Virus record (IMG/VR): IMGVR_UViG_3300035501_000578
Coordinates: 47,956 to 111,955 of that record
Strand: one strand, 5' to 3'
DNA from: a virus
Lineage: Duplodnaviria; Caudoviricetes
Length of the DNA: 64,000 nt
Below, piece by piece: positions 29,717-39,985 of this stretch; position 1 is the first letter of the stretch, and the number at the start of each line of letters is the position of its first letter. The notes under the pieces were generated by a model, which did not search any database, was not told the origin of the DNA, and saw nothing but the letters and a program-made list of their open reading frames with translations. A program made the translations under genes and the position numbers.

Positions 29717-30970
29717 TTACATACCCTCTGCCACTTGACTTATTTTACTTCTGTAAATATTCTGCAATTCAACTTCACCATAGAAATCTTGTCCTCTAAA
29801 CACTTCAGACATTCTACGCATACCGTTATTATTCCCTGCATATTGATTAAGATCAACTTGTGCAGAATAATCTCCATCAATAATACAAATTGAATCATCA
29901 CCAATTCTTTGTAATGCTAATTTCATAAGTGAAATATCCATATTTTGTGCTTCAGTAATATAAATACCTGCATTCATTCCGCTTGTATCAAAACCTCTAA
30001 TATCTGACATAGGAAGTAATTGAATTTTCCCTTGTGATATCATTTGTTCTAATGCAAATGAATCTCCAAGCTTTGAAGAAAGCATATTTCCAATTGCTGA
30101 ATCAAGCAACTTTTCATCTTTGGTTCCAGGATAATATCCGAGTTTCGCTGAATTTGCGGTTGCAATTGTATTGCAAAATACTATAATTTTGTCTATTTTT
30201 CGTTTCTCTAACAACCACATCAAATATCCAACTGCTAAATAACTTTTACCAGTTCCAGCAGAACCTTTGATCATAGTTAATTGATTATTAGATAAGCTAT
30301 TTAATACCATTTGTTGATAGATATCTCCATTATAAGGTTTAACTGAACCAAAATAGTTTGATTTAATGATTGGAAATTTTACATTTTGATATTCATATCC
30401 ATTCCATCTAAATTTATCAATTATTTTTCCCATTGTATCTTTTAATACCAGATATTCATTTACCAATAAATCATAAGTATTTTCTGTTAGATGTTCATAA
30501 AAATAAGCCATATCTTTTTCTGTCAAAGAAATATCCTCAAACCCTTTATATTCATCATCAGAATTATTTCCAACTGATTCAACATCCAACATAAAAATTT
30601 TTTCAGCAATAACCTTACAAGAAATATCATTAGTAATAAATACTAAATTTTCATCTTGTTCAAACAAATTTCTAATAAATGCGGCAGATGCTACAATTTT
30701 GCTATCAGGCGTAATTTCAATATTTTTTAAATTAATATATTCCTCAATAGTATTCGTATAAACTATTACATCATATTTATCAGAGTTCTCATCTAATAAA
30801 TGTAAAATCTTCCTTGCATTATATTTTGTTTCTTCGTCTTTTCTATTCGATGTTTTTATAGACTCCAATTCTTGTAATGTTATGGAAGATATAACAAATT
30901 TATTTTCAAATATTTTATTTTGTAATTTTAAAATGGCGTTTGTATCATAAAAATAAACTTTTTTACTCAA
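29717..30970 (-). CDS. phoH: PhoH-family ATPase with N-terminal PIN domain
   Basis: FYDTN, LQELE and FITND (PIN); GSAGTGKS, IRG, TEAQN, QVD, RS motifs (PhoH). Confidence 0.92.
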   Translation of the reverse strand: MSKKVYFYDTNAILKLQNKIFENKFVISSITLQELESIKTSNRKDEETKYNARKILHLLDENSDKYDVIVYTNTIEEYINLKNIEITPDSKIVASAAFIRNLFEQDENLVFITNDISCKVIAEKIFMLDVESVGNNSDDEYKGFEDISLTEKDMAYFYEHLTENTYDLLVNEYLVLKDTMGKIIDKFRWNGYEYQNVKFPIIKSNYFGSVKPYNGDIYQQMVLNSLSNNQLTMIKGSAGTGKSYLAVGYLMWLLEKRKIDKIIVFCNTIATANSAKLGYYPGTKDEKLLDSAIGNMLSSKLGDSFALEQMISQGKIQLLPMSDIRGFDTSGMNAGIYITEAQNMDISLMKLALQRIGDDSICIIDGDYSAQVDLNQYAGNNNGMRRMSEVFRGQDFYGEVELQNIYRSKISQVAEGM

Positions 30971-31015
30971 CCGGCGTTACCGCCTTTCTTTATTATTTTT
31001 AGTAACTGTGAACTA

Positions 31016-31201
31016 TTACTTTATTGTTTCTAGTAAGTCCACATACTCATCTTGAATATAACGTTTCCGAGCAGAACTTTTTGTGCGATAGAATCCTACT
31101 TCGTATCCGTTTTTATTCACATAACCACGATTGGTATTACGAATAATTCCATTCGCTAATAATTTCTCAACGTCTTGTTTAGAAATATACTTGATTTTAA
31201 T
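31016..31201 (-). CDS. Small basic protein (61 aa, probable ATT start)
   Basis: Open frame KIKYISKQDVEKLL...KRYIQDEY after a purine-rich RBS; ATT is the only plausible start near the RBS. Confidence 0.45.
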   Translation of the reverse strand: MKIKYISKQDVEKLLANGIIRNTNRGYVNKNGYEVGFYRTKSSARKRYIQDEYVDLLETIK

Positions 31202-31306
31202 TCACTTCACTTTCCTTGAATTTCCTATAATGAAAAAGAAACATATTTTCAATGTCTCTTTAAAGGTGATTCCGTCTTTTAATAATCAACACCTTCGTTG
31301 ATATGT

Positions 31307-31385
31307 ATTGCTACGCAACAGAGTTGAACTGTTTTGATCAAATTAATGGGACTTGATGAGATATCCGACCTCCCGCCAGCTACAA
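31307..31385 (-). tRNA. Degenerate tRNA-Met(CAT)-like element
   Basis: ATCAAGT-CCCATTA-ATTTGAT arm with central CAT, T arm AACAG-TTCAACT-CTGTT, bulged acceptor, enlarged D region. Confidence 0.5.
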
Positions 31386-31470
31386 TATAATTTATTTACA
31401 GAAGAACAAATGACGATGCCTTCAGAACGAAAACACCGCCACCTGTATAAGATATGTTTAAAATAATTTT

Positions 31471-32009
31471 TAATTATCAGGTATCTATAAGAAAACTGAA
31501 TTCCTTTCATAACTCCAACCAATTTCTATTGTTCAAAAAAATATATTTTATATAACCAAAATGATAGTTATATAATTTATAATTTCTTCCATTTTTCTTC
31601 TAAGCTGGCATAGCAGCAATGTCTTATTTCTTCTCATTTTAAGAACACAAACCCTTATATAGGGATCATCTTAAATATAATTAACTGAATACGAATAACG
31701 AAACGATTAAAGTATTAACAAAATATCATATTCATGAATTTTCAAAATTACAAAATTATGAAATAGCAAATCACAATACGCTTTGCGACTCTATTACTTT
31801 GTTATTTGATTTATAAAATCAAATTCCTCTTTTACAAAAAAATTTATAATATGTAAAGTAAATGTTGTTTACTTAGCCTTCATATTCTATATTGATATAT
31901 TAGTATTATATAGTTAATACAAAACTTTGCAGCGTTATAGTTCATCTGCAACTGAACCGGTTGACAATTATAATTCTTATTCAGTTCCCTTATACATACC
32001 TGATAATTG
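31471..32009 (-). ncRNA. Candidate ~540-nt structured ncRNA downstream of the 204-aa gene
   Basis: 30-bp terminal stem, second long-range stem, H-type pseudoknot, several hairpins, ~8-nt periodic tract; no ORF of 60 aa or more. Confidence 0.7.
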
Positions 32010-32033
32010 TATGGGGAAGGGAGAGTAATAGTG

Positions 32034-32648
32034 TTAAGCTACTACTACATCCTCGAATTTATCAGTTACGTCATAAGTTGGTTCAAAATCAACAATAGTA
32101 TTGATTTCAATAGCATCTAGTTTAGTCGATACTTCATCACATTCCTTAGATAACTTCTTGATCAATCCCTTTACATCATTACGATTAAAGTCGATAGAAG
32201 TCTTTTCGGTAACATTGTAATAATACTTAATCTGATTACCATCCTGCAAATTGAACTTATAGTCAGAACCTTGTTTCTGTTTTTCGGAAGGCTTAATATT
32301 AGCAATAGAATTCAATACAAATATAAACTGTTGCTTTTTCTTATTCAGTGCAATTGCATTATCTATATTGATTTCTGTACCAGATTTTGCTTTTGCAATA
32401 GCATCTGCAAGAGATTCCTTTTCTCTAATTACCTTTACAACAAAATTAATAACATCATTTGGTGTAAAGTCAACATCATATGGTTTCTGTGCAACAATCA
32501 CTTCATCAGGTGCTTCGCTATTTGCTTTTGAGCGTAAGTGTTCCTCTGTTATAGTTGTTACGAAACCCTTGCTCCCAAGATATATATAAGCTGTTTTTAA
32601 TAAATCATCAAGATAGTTAGCGTAACGGTATGATTCCTTTAAATTCAT
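32034..32648 (-). CDS. Helical/coiled-coil protein, remote DIP1984-like architecture
   Basis: MNLKESYR...IDNAIALNKK...DVKGLIKKLSKECDEVSTKLDAIEINTIVDF; strong RBS; highly-expressed codon usage. Confidence 0.6.
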   Translation of the reverse strand: MNLKESYRYANYLDDLLKTAYIYLGSKGFVTTITEEHLRSKANSEAPDEVIVAQKPYDVDFTPNDVINFVVKVIREKESLADAIAKAKSGTEINIDNAIALNKKKQQFIFVLNSIANIKPSEKQKQGSDYKFNLQDGNQIKYYYNVTEKTSIDFNRNDVKGLIKKLSKECDEVSTKLDAIEINTIVDFEPTYDVTDKFEDVVVA

Positions 32649-32677
32649 TGTTTATTTTTCTCCTTTAAATCCTTTAT

Positions 32678-32998
32678 TTATTTCAATTTATTATGATTAT
32701 TTCTAATTTCTTGCCTAAAATAATCACTAAAATTTGCGTTCAAACTTAATACGTAGTCTAATTTTGATATATTCAAATTAGACCTTGATTGTTCTGGTGG
32801 TATATATCTTGAAGTTACCTTTAGTCCAGGAAATAATTTTATTTCAACATATTCATCACTATCACTAAATTTATCCTTTACCACATCTCTTAATGAATCC
32901 AAAACTTTTGTAATATCATTAAATGAACAATCAGTTCTATTATGTATTTCTGAAATAACTTTTTTTTGATTATAATATTTTTTCTTTTTTTCTTGTAT
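32678..32998 (-). CDS. Divergent HU/IHF-like protein (probable ATA start)
   Basis: Frame open back to GGAGGT RBS: YNQKKVISEIHNRTDCSFNDITKVLDSL...IKLFPGL. Confidence 0.55.
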   Translation of the reverse strand: MQEKKKKYYNQKKVISEIHNRTDCSFNDITKVLDSLRDVVKDKFSDSDEYVEIKLFPGLKVTSRYIPPEQSRSNLNISKLDYVLSLNANFSDYFRQEIRNNHNKLK

Positions 32999-33136
32999 TG
33001 TAATACCTCCTCTGATACAATCATCTAATAGAAAATTTTACAATAGAGTAGGGTAGTAGTCATTAAATAATAAGATAAAAACTACCCTCTCCTATGTAAA
33101 ATAAAAATCACTTTCATACGAATGGTAAAATAAAGA

Positions 33137-35971
33137 CTAAATTTGCGAATTTACTTTATTTTTTGTAATTTTGTAGTTTATATTAAACATTTTTAAATCA
33201 TTTCCACCTACTTCTAACTGTTCAATTTCAGATGAAGATTGAATTATTGCATTATTAAAACTTTCATTACTACATAGGTATAATACTTGTAATAAAGTAT
33301 TTTTTATTTGTGAATTTTCTTTATCTTCAAGAGAACTAAGTAACCTAAATAAAGTTGAAAATCCAATAATTTCACTTTCAATATTAGAAATCAAATTATC
33401 ATATAGTAAATGTGATTTTTCTGATTTGTCTTCTTGATTTAATTCTGAACCAAAAATGTTTTTTCTATCAGATATATACTTCTTTAAAATACTATATATC
33501 TTGTTAATTTGTTTTTGATTTACATGTGTACTATAAAATTTTGAATTATCCAATACTGAGACAAATGGCAACCAATCCTTTTTGTATGGATTTTTAATCT
33601 TAAATCCATTAACAACTGTTTGCAAATAGTCCATAGAAGTATTATATTTACAATAATTTTTCTTCTCTGGATTGTAATATCCTTTTTGTCTTGAAATATG
33701 TGCAAAGAAATGTGGCATTTTCTTTTTGTTATACTCATCACTAAGTTCTTCTTTATATTTTTCTCTCATTTTATCTAATTCTTTACTATTATCAATGTCA
33801 AATTCTTTTTTTGCTTTATCAATTTCAATACCAGACATTACATCCAATTGACAAATATCATAATACAATTCTTTAATATTATTATAAGTTTCACCATGAT
33901 ACATTTTGTCCCATAACAATGAATTAAGTTCCTGTGATAAATTGATAATCTCACCAATCTTATTTACAGATGTTTTTATATCTAAATCCGCTTGTTCTTC
34001 AGGTGTATAGTATCTTTTTACTTTTTTTGCAGTGACAAAAGAAGTAGGAGTTTTAAATACAGTATAATTACGTTTTGCAGCTCTAATCAGTATCTCATTA
34101 TCTGTAAGTAGCACTGTGTCACTGTCAAAATCAGCACCCGAAAGTCTTTGTAATACGTTTTCTCCGATAGAATTAATACACACAATCTCATCAGTAAGAT
34201 TAAAATAACAATCAATTAATTTATTCTCTTTGTTATTTGCTAACCAAATGTTTCCCATTGTCACATGAGGACTTCGTGAGCCAAGTAATGTTTTATCATA
34301 TCCAAATCTTATATTATGAATATTACCTATACCAATTTGACTTTTCCCCTCAAATACTCCGATTGATTGTTGCAACATTTCAATTGGGTTCCCCAATAGA
34401 GTAGAATAATTACCATTTACATATACATGTCCATTTTTTAAATTTTTGTAATATGATGCTAATAAATCATGCAAAAATTCCTGATAATATTTTGTCTTAG
34501 TAAAATTATCATTAATACACATAAGATTATATACAACATCATTTTTATCTATCATTGGTTTAGTCATTGGTTCAAAATCATTGATGTCCGGGTATTTAAT
34601 ATAATATCTTACAACTGCTGGATTATCCCTTAATAACTGAGCGAAGTCTAAAGATTGTTGTAAAAATTCTTTTACTTCGTCCTTAGAAAGTTGAAGAGTA
34701 TTAATTAATTGGTAATGAGTCTGTACTAGCCGACCTCCAAAAAAATGTGTCTTTTTATCATGTTTAACAACACCAAATTCGGGATAAAGATTATCTAACC
34801 AATTATCCAATGTATCAAACTTTAAATATTTTATACTATTTGGTGTAGTAATTAATTTTACATCCTCAATACATTTTGCCCTTGTTTTTCCATTTAATTG
34901 TGAAACATCAGTAATATTATTATCTTTAAACCATTGCTGAATATTACAATTGAAGCAACAAGATTTAAACATAAGATTTCTTAATAATACCATTCCATAG
35001 CAAGAATATTCGCCCATCAAAGATACATCAATTAATGATTGCCCATCCCAAATACTATTAGTAATTTCACAATTCTTTTCAGATGTAGTGAGCCATCCAT
35101 TCTCATTATGTGTTTCTATTACATCTTCTTTAAAAACACTTTCATAATCATCAATTAATAAAATATTTTCAGGAGAGATTGGAAGAGTATCAATAATACT
35201 ACTTGATGGAAGAGATATATAACTTTCATAAGCTGCTAAATCAACTTCCTGTCCTTCTTCTAAAACAATAGCACCTGAACTGAATTTTAAAATTGGTTTG
35301 AATAATGATTCATTAATGAATAAACACTTTCCAACACGAGCAGAACCGGAAGAACGTTTCATTCTACAATATTTAATGCCATTACAAACAAAACCGTTTT
35401 TATAAAGTTCTTTTCGTAATTCTGCATTTGTTTTAATTGTTTTTGGCTCTTTTGATTTTTTGTATTGTTTTTGTACTTCTTTAACCTTTGTTTTATCTTT
35501 TTTATCCATAATTTCAATATCTATAATACAAAAACAGTTTGGAAGTTCGTCAGTAGGAGATGAGATTTTCTCCCCAATTTGTATTCCGACAATTTCACCG
35601 TTATCATTTTTAGCAATACAATCATTAAAAACCAAATTTCTGTAATCATATCCAAACTTTACGAAAGTATTTCTATTCATCTGATTCCATTCTTTAACAG
35701 AATATTTAAAAGTTAAATTTATAACATTTGTTGTATAAGAATGCTTTTTTATTTTAAATGAAAAGTCATTGCGTCTATATTTCTTATAATAAATATCTAA
35801 TAATTCAATTAAGTCCAAACTATAATCAAGGCTATTAATAAATTTTCGTAAATTATACTGTCCGTCTTTGAGTTTCAAATTATATCCTTCTGGATTATCC
35901 TCAATATAATGTGCTAATAAATAAATATCTTTTGCATCAATAGACGGTATGTACACTCCTTTATGTTCCAA
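33137..35971 (-). CDS. YonO-like single-subunit DNA-directed RNA polymerase
   Basis: KRSSGSARVG, WDGQ, LLRN..FK, RSPH and catalytic GADFDSD (DxDxD) motifs of the SPbeta YonO/RdRP-like family. Confidence 0.88.
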   Translation of the reverse strand: MEHKGVYIPSIDAKDIYLLAHYIEDNPEGYNLKLKDGQYNLRKFINSLDYSLDLIELLDIYYKKYRRNDFSFKIKKHSYTTNVINLTFKYSVKEWNQMNRNTFVKFGYDYRNLVFNDCIAKNDNGEIVGIQIGEKISSPTDELPNCFCIIDIEIMDKKDKTKVKEVQKQYKKSKEPKTIKTNAELRKELYKNGFVCNGIKYCRMKRSSGSARVGKCLFINESLFKPILKFSSGAIVLEEGQEVDLAAYESYISLPSSSIIDTLPISPENILLIDDYESVFKEDVIETHNENGWLTTSEKNCEITNSIWDGQSLIDVSLMGEYSCYGMVLLRNLMFKSCCFNCNIQQWFKDNNITDVSQLNGKTRAKCIEDVKLITTPNSIKYLKFDTLDNWLDNLYPEFGVVKHDKKTHFFGGRLVQTHYQLINTLQLSKDEVKEFLQQSLDFAQLLRDNPAVVRYYIKYPDINDFEPMTKPMIDKNDVVYNLMCINDNFTKTKYYQEFLHDLLASYYKNLKNGHVYVNGNYSTLLGNPIEMLQQSIGVFEGKSQIGIGNIHNIRFGYDKTLLGSRSPHVTMGNIWLANNKENKLIDCYFNLTDEIVCINSIGENVLQRLSGADFDSDTVLLTDNEILIRAAKRNYTVFKTPTSFVTAKKVKRYYTPEEQADLDIKTSVNKIGEIINLSQELNSLLWDKMYHGETYNNIKELYYDICQLDVMSGIEIDKAKKEFDIDNSKELDKMREKYKEELSDEYNKKKMPHFFAHISRQKGYYNPEKKNYCKYNTSMDYLQTVVNGFKIKNPYKKDWLPFVSVLDNSKFYSTHVNQKQINKIYSILKKYISDRKNIFGSELNQEDKSEKSHLLYDNLISNIESEIIGFSTLFRLLSSLEDKENSQIKNTLLQVLYLCSNESFNNAIIQSSSEIEQLEVGGNDLKMFNINYKITKNKVNSQI

Positions 35972-35973
35972 TA

Positions 35974-37857
35974 TTATTTTTCCTCCATAATTCTTATTTT
36001 AGGATAAACTGTATCATTCCCATTAAAAAATGGTAATCCTATTTCTAATTTTTTATGTAGTATTTTCATCGCTTCTAAAATTCGCTGTTTTATATATTCT
36101 TCCAAATTTTCATCTGGAAAAATTGAATAGTCGGGTTCAAAATACATTTCATAACCAAATAAACTAATAATCCATCTTTTCCTATAATCTAATTCAAATG
36201 TCCATTGTTTATTATTACAATTATTAATAATTTTTCCATACCTGTTAATAATTCTTGTTATTCTTGACTTTTTATTTCTATTTATTTTCATTGAGGATAA
36301 ATGAGAATCTATTCTTTTCATAAAACGTCTTAATAATTCTTTTTCAAATTCACCAAATATACAACTGTCATCAAAATACCAATCTATCAAATTAGAAGAA
36401 CGATAATATAACCTAATATTTCTATAATCATCCGAAATTTCCAAACTAAAACCTCTTGTAGAATCACATTTATCCTTAATTAAAGATATTACTTCCATAA
36501 ATTGCTTATCACTATTTAATATAAACTCATAAAATTCATCTTTATAGAAATCTCTTTTTGCTGACGACAAATAATATTGGTATTGACTATTCAAATATTC
36601 TTGTGTTAATTTACTTCCTTTAATCCAAGTATCAATTCCTATTCTATTAGTTACATATTTATTATAAATATTCCCCTGATAATAAATTTTAAAATATATA
36701 TTATCAATATCATATTGCGTTTTTATATAATTTAAGTGGGGAACTATTTTTTCTATATAGAATATTTTTTCTAAATCATTAATAAAGTGTAATTGATTAT
36801 CTAAATATATAGAATTTTCTTGGCATATAGATAATACATTTTCAATATCTTCTTTTATCCATATTTTCTTTTTACTAATAAATTTCTTTGAGTAAACGGT
36901 TATATTAAATTCTTTTTTACAGTAATTAATATTAAGTATATATATTCTTTCAGATTGTTTATAATATTCTACCTGAAAGCCTTTACTATCATATGTATTT
37001 TTTAATGTTTCCAACCATTTAATAAAGTCTTTATTAATTATTTTCTCAAAGCTTATTTTTGCATCAATACAACTTTTGTTTTGTACATTTAAATATATAT
37101 AAATTTTATCAGTATAATCCAATTCCATAAATGAATGTTTTAGCTCAGTGATAGTACACTTTTTTAATTTATACTTTCTTAAATTTTCCCAAAACCAATC
37201 TAATTTTTCCCACTGAATCTTATAATTTAGTTTATCTTGACGTTTCCATTCTTGTTTTCTTTTTGCAATAGTATCTTCATAATCAGCTCTTGAATAACTT
37301 TTAATAAAACATTCTCCATCAGAATAAATAAGATTAAATATTGGAATGTCATTTTTAAATTTTTGATTAATAAAATATCTTGTATCAACTTCCACAACAT
37401 CATTCCCAAGTTCATCCCATTTTGGCACATAGAGTTCAGTTTTTTTATTTGTTGTTTTGATTTCAAAAAAGAAAACTTTTTCATCAGTAGTAGCAACAAT
37501 AATATCTGGTCTATAATTACCAAAAGACGTATGTAAAGTTTTTTCTGTTTCTATACTGTCTACTTCATATTCAATGTTATTGATAATAAATTTACATCCT
37601 TTTTTAAATAACCATGTCTTACAAATAAAATGAATATAAGTTTCATTACTACATCCACCTGTTTCATGATAGTAGTGTGGTTGTACTTGATAATCAATAC
37701 CTTTTTTATAGGCTCTTGGTTTAATAATTCCTCCACAACAAGGGCAATAATAATTGACATTTTCTTTTGCGTCTAAAATATGAATATAATTTGCGTCTCC
37801 TTCTAAAGAATCCAACCCAACTATTAATTGTGGTAAATCCTTTTCAATAACTTCCAA
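35974..37857 (-). CDS. CoiA-like Zn-finger/PD-(D/E)XK nuclease-domain protein
   Basis: YYCPCCG...HYYH...CSNETYIH...K, RPDII...FEIKTT. Confidence 0.65.
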   Translation of the reverse strand: MEVIEKDLPQLIVGLDSLEGDANYIHILDAKENVNYYCPCCGGIIKPRAYKKGIDYQVQPHYYHETGGCSNETYIHFICKTWLFKKGCKFIINNIEYEVDSIETEKTLHTSFGNYRPDIIVATTDEKVFFFEIKTTNKKTELYVPKWDELGNDVVEVDTRYFINQKFKNDIPIFNLIYSDGECFIKSYSRADYEDTIAKRKQEWKRQDKLNYKIQWEKLDWFWENLRKYKLKKCTITELKHSFMELDYTDKIYIYLNVQNKSCIDAKISFEKIINKDFIKWLETLKNTYDSKGFQVEYYKQSERIYILNINYCKKEFNITVYSKKFISKKKIWIKEDIENVLSICQENSIYLDNQLHFINDLEKIFYIEKIVPHLNYIKTQYDIDNIYFKIYYQGNIYNKYVTNRIGIDTWIKGSKLTQEYLNSQYQYYLSSAKRDFYKDEFYEFILNSDKQFMEVISLIKDKCDSTRGFSLEISDDYRNIRLYYRSSNLIDWYFDDSCIFGEFEKELLRRFMKRIDSHLSSMKINRNKKSRITRIINRYGKIINNCNNKQWTFELDYRKRWIISLFGYEMYFEPDYSIFPDENLEEYIKQRILEAMKILHKKLEIGLPFFNGNDTVYPKIRIMEEK

Positions 37858-38095
37858 TAATATCCTCCTTTATGCTTAACTAAAAATACAAGATTGTATA
37901 AATTTATGTGAATCACGAATATATGTCATATGTATTATTTCTCTAAAAATATCCAATTCTGCGCCAACAAAATTAAATATTGATTATTCATTATCTTATT
38001 TTTTAATATACCATTCATATTTTAGCCAGTTCACATATATAACTTCTGGAAGATTATGTATATGTGGTGTTATTTTCCACAACAATTCCTTAAAA

Positions 38096-38335
38096 TTATC
38101 CATCCTCATCCTCCATAGTCTTAACCTCTCCACCATACCATTGGACAAAATCTGACAAAAACATATTATCCAAACATTCATAATGAGCATATTCACCATC
38201 AGGATTTACTATATATTCTTCACCAGGATATATACCTTCATCACAAATAGAGCAGTAGTAACTAGCTTTTGGTGGGACATAATTAGGACATCTATAATCA
38301 TGACCTTTGGTATATCTACAATATTCACAAGCCAT
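38096..38335 (-). CDS. Small Zn-binding protein
   Basis: CEYC..H..C, CSIC...HYEC. Confidence 0.55.
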   Translation of the reverse strand: MACEYCRYTKGHDYRCPNYVPPKASYYCSICDEGIYPGEEYIVNPDGEYAHYECLDNMFLSDFVQWYGGEVKTMEDEDG

Positions 38336-38766
38336 TAAGCGACACTTCCTTTATTACTTTTTAACTTTTCATACACAAAGCCCTCATCAGATGTATAATA
38401 TATTTCCTTTATACCTAAGTCTTTAATTGCTGCCATACAAGATTGACATGGACGAGCCATACCACATGGTTGATCTTTGCGAAGCCGGTATATGTAAAGT
38501 TTTACTTTTGAAAAGTTAATATTTAAATGTTTAATTCCATTAAGACAGCTAATTTCTGCATGAAGTTTTGGTAATAAAGCATCATCATTACAACGGTATT
38601 GGTTATAATATTTCTGCATTGGATGTGTTTTATTACAGTTACAACCAAGTCCAATAATCTGTCCTTGGTATACAGCTACACATCCAATGTGAATTTTAGG
38701 ATAATCGGAAATATCAGCAATATTTTTAGCTTTTTCAAAATATCTATAATCTGAATTAACTAGCAT
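38335..38766 (-). CDS. Cytidine/dCMP deaminase-family protein
   Basis: HAE and PCQSC zinc motifs. Confidence 0.85.
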   Translation of the reverse strand: MLVNSDYRYFEKAKNIADISDYPKIHIGCVAVYQGQIIGLGCNCNKTHPMQKYYNQYRCNDDALLPKLHAEISCLNGIKHLNINFSKVKLYIYRLRKDQPCGMARPCQSCMAAIKDLGIKEIYYTSDEGFVYEKLKSNKGSVA

Positions 38767-39124
38767 TTGCAGTCCTTTCTGATTCTAATAATTCATTACC
38801 CTTATCAAAACATTTCAACATATAGTCGTAACGAGATATATATTTTTCATAAAAACCTTCAGATAGAAGATTAGCAACATGTTTTAATATTGCTGAATTA
38901 ATAATTTTATAATCTACATCAAACTCAATCTTTTCCTGTTCTTCGATTAAGTCATGTAAATCAACTGAATTTTCTTTTAGGTAAAAAGTAACTTCATACT
39001 TCTTTGTTTCATAGTTATATAATTCCATAGCAATAACTGTATAACCATTATGTAAGTCAATTGCAATTGAATCATTTCCAATTTTCTTATAAATAAGTTT
39101 CTCCATAATATTTTTCTCCTTCAA
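38756..39124 (-). CDS. Hypothetical protein
   Basis: ORF with RBS, overlapping deaminase start. Confidence 0.55.
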   Translation of the reverse strand: MKEKNIMEKLIYKKIGNDSIAIDLHNGYTVIAMELYNYETKKYEVTFYLKENSVDLHDLIEEQEKIEFDVDYKIINSAILKHVANLLSEGFYEKYISRYDYMLKCFDKGNELLESERTANAS

Positions 39125-39245
39125 AATTCCTACAATGCCCTTTCTACCTCTGAGACATTCTTATTTTAAATAAATCACGAACTAAAATTCTTCCAAGGTA
39201 AAAGTTATTGTCTAACATACTTTTATTAAAATTTAATTTACTAAT

Positions 39246-39608
39246 TCAAATCTGAGAGGTAAGTTTATTTTTTCTTCCCTCTTGCATTTTCTCTTTTTGT
39301 TCTTCAGATAACACTCGACTCTGACGTTTTGGACGTTCATACTTACCAATACTGATGGATTTACAAGGAGCCTCGTAGAATTTTGTGCAAACAGTTCCGT
39401 CCTTATAATATTCTGTACGTGTGCATTTCCAGCCTTGCTTTTCAAATTTTCGCATATAAGTGGGAGAGGAACAGCTTGCATACCAGGTTCTGTCCTTGTC
39501 GTCCATTACTAGAACAACTTCACGTTCTTCGGGTGCTAGTTTATAACAAGTCTTATTGTCAGGTTTTATTTCTTCAATATTTTCGTTATATCCTGTTTTC
39601 ATATGCAC
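39246..39608 (-). CDS. Hypothetical protein
   Basis: EERE...LSEEQKEKM pattern common in Firmicute phages. Confidence 0.55.
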   Translation of the reverse strand: MHMKTGYNENIEEIKPDNKTCYKLAPEEREVVLVMDDKDRTWYASCSSPTYMRKFEKQGWKCTRTEYYKDGTVCTKFYEAPCKSISIGKYERPKRQSRVLSEEQKEKMQEGRKNKLTSQI

Positions 39609-39798
39609 CTCTCTGTTTCTTTGCTCTATCTCTTAGTTCTACATTTTTCTTACACATTTTGTTAAAATTTTCAGCACTAACTATCTTTTGTGCCATAGTT
39701 CCCATAGTATGATGACCCTCAAAGTCAAATAATGAGAGTTCACCTGAATACTTGGTATGGTCTGGTTTATAAAAACCGGTCTTGCATTCTTCTGTCAT
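39586..39798 (-). CDS. Hypothetical protein
   Basis: ORF in operon; exact start uncertain. Confidence 0.4.
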   Translation of the reverse strand: MTEECKTGFYKPDHTKYSGELSLFDFEGHHTMGTMAQKIVSAENFNKMCKKNVELRDRAKKQRGAYENRI

Positions 39799-39985
39799 CT
39801 AATTAAAATTAATTCCTTTCTTTGTTTCTTTATTTTTGTTTTTTAGTGTTTTTAGTATTTGTAGTATTAATCTTAGTTGTCATTGGCGGTTGACAACGTA
39901 GATTTACTTTATATATTTAAGTAAGATAATGGTAGTGGTTATGTTGTGTTGTAAAAAATAATAGTAACTGTCACAAGTATTATTT

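Noticed and set aside
31471-32009. MITE or non-autonomous transposon explanation for the 30-bp inverted repeat
   Set aside because: No target-site duplication seen; mismatches are mostly G.U-compatible on one strand and the interior has a pseudoknot and nested stems
31471-32009. tmRNA
   Set aside because: Helix-then-pseudoknot order is reminiscent, but there is no acceptor stem, T arm or tag reading frame
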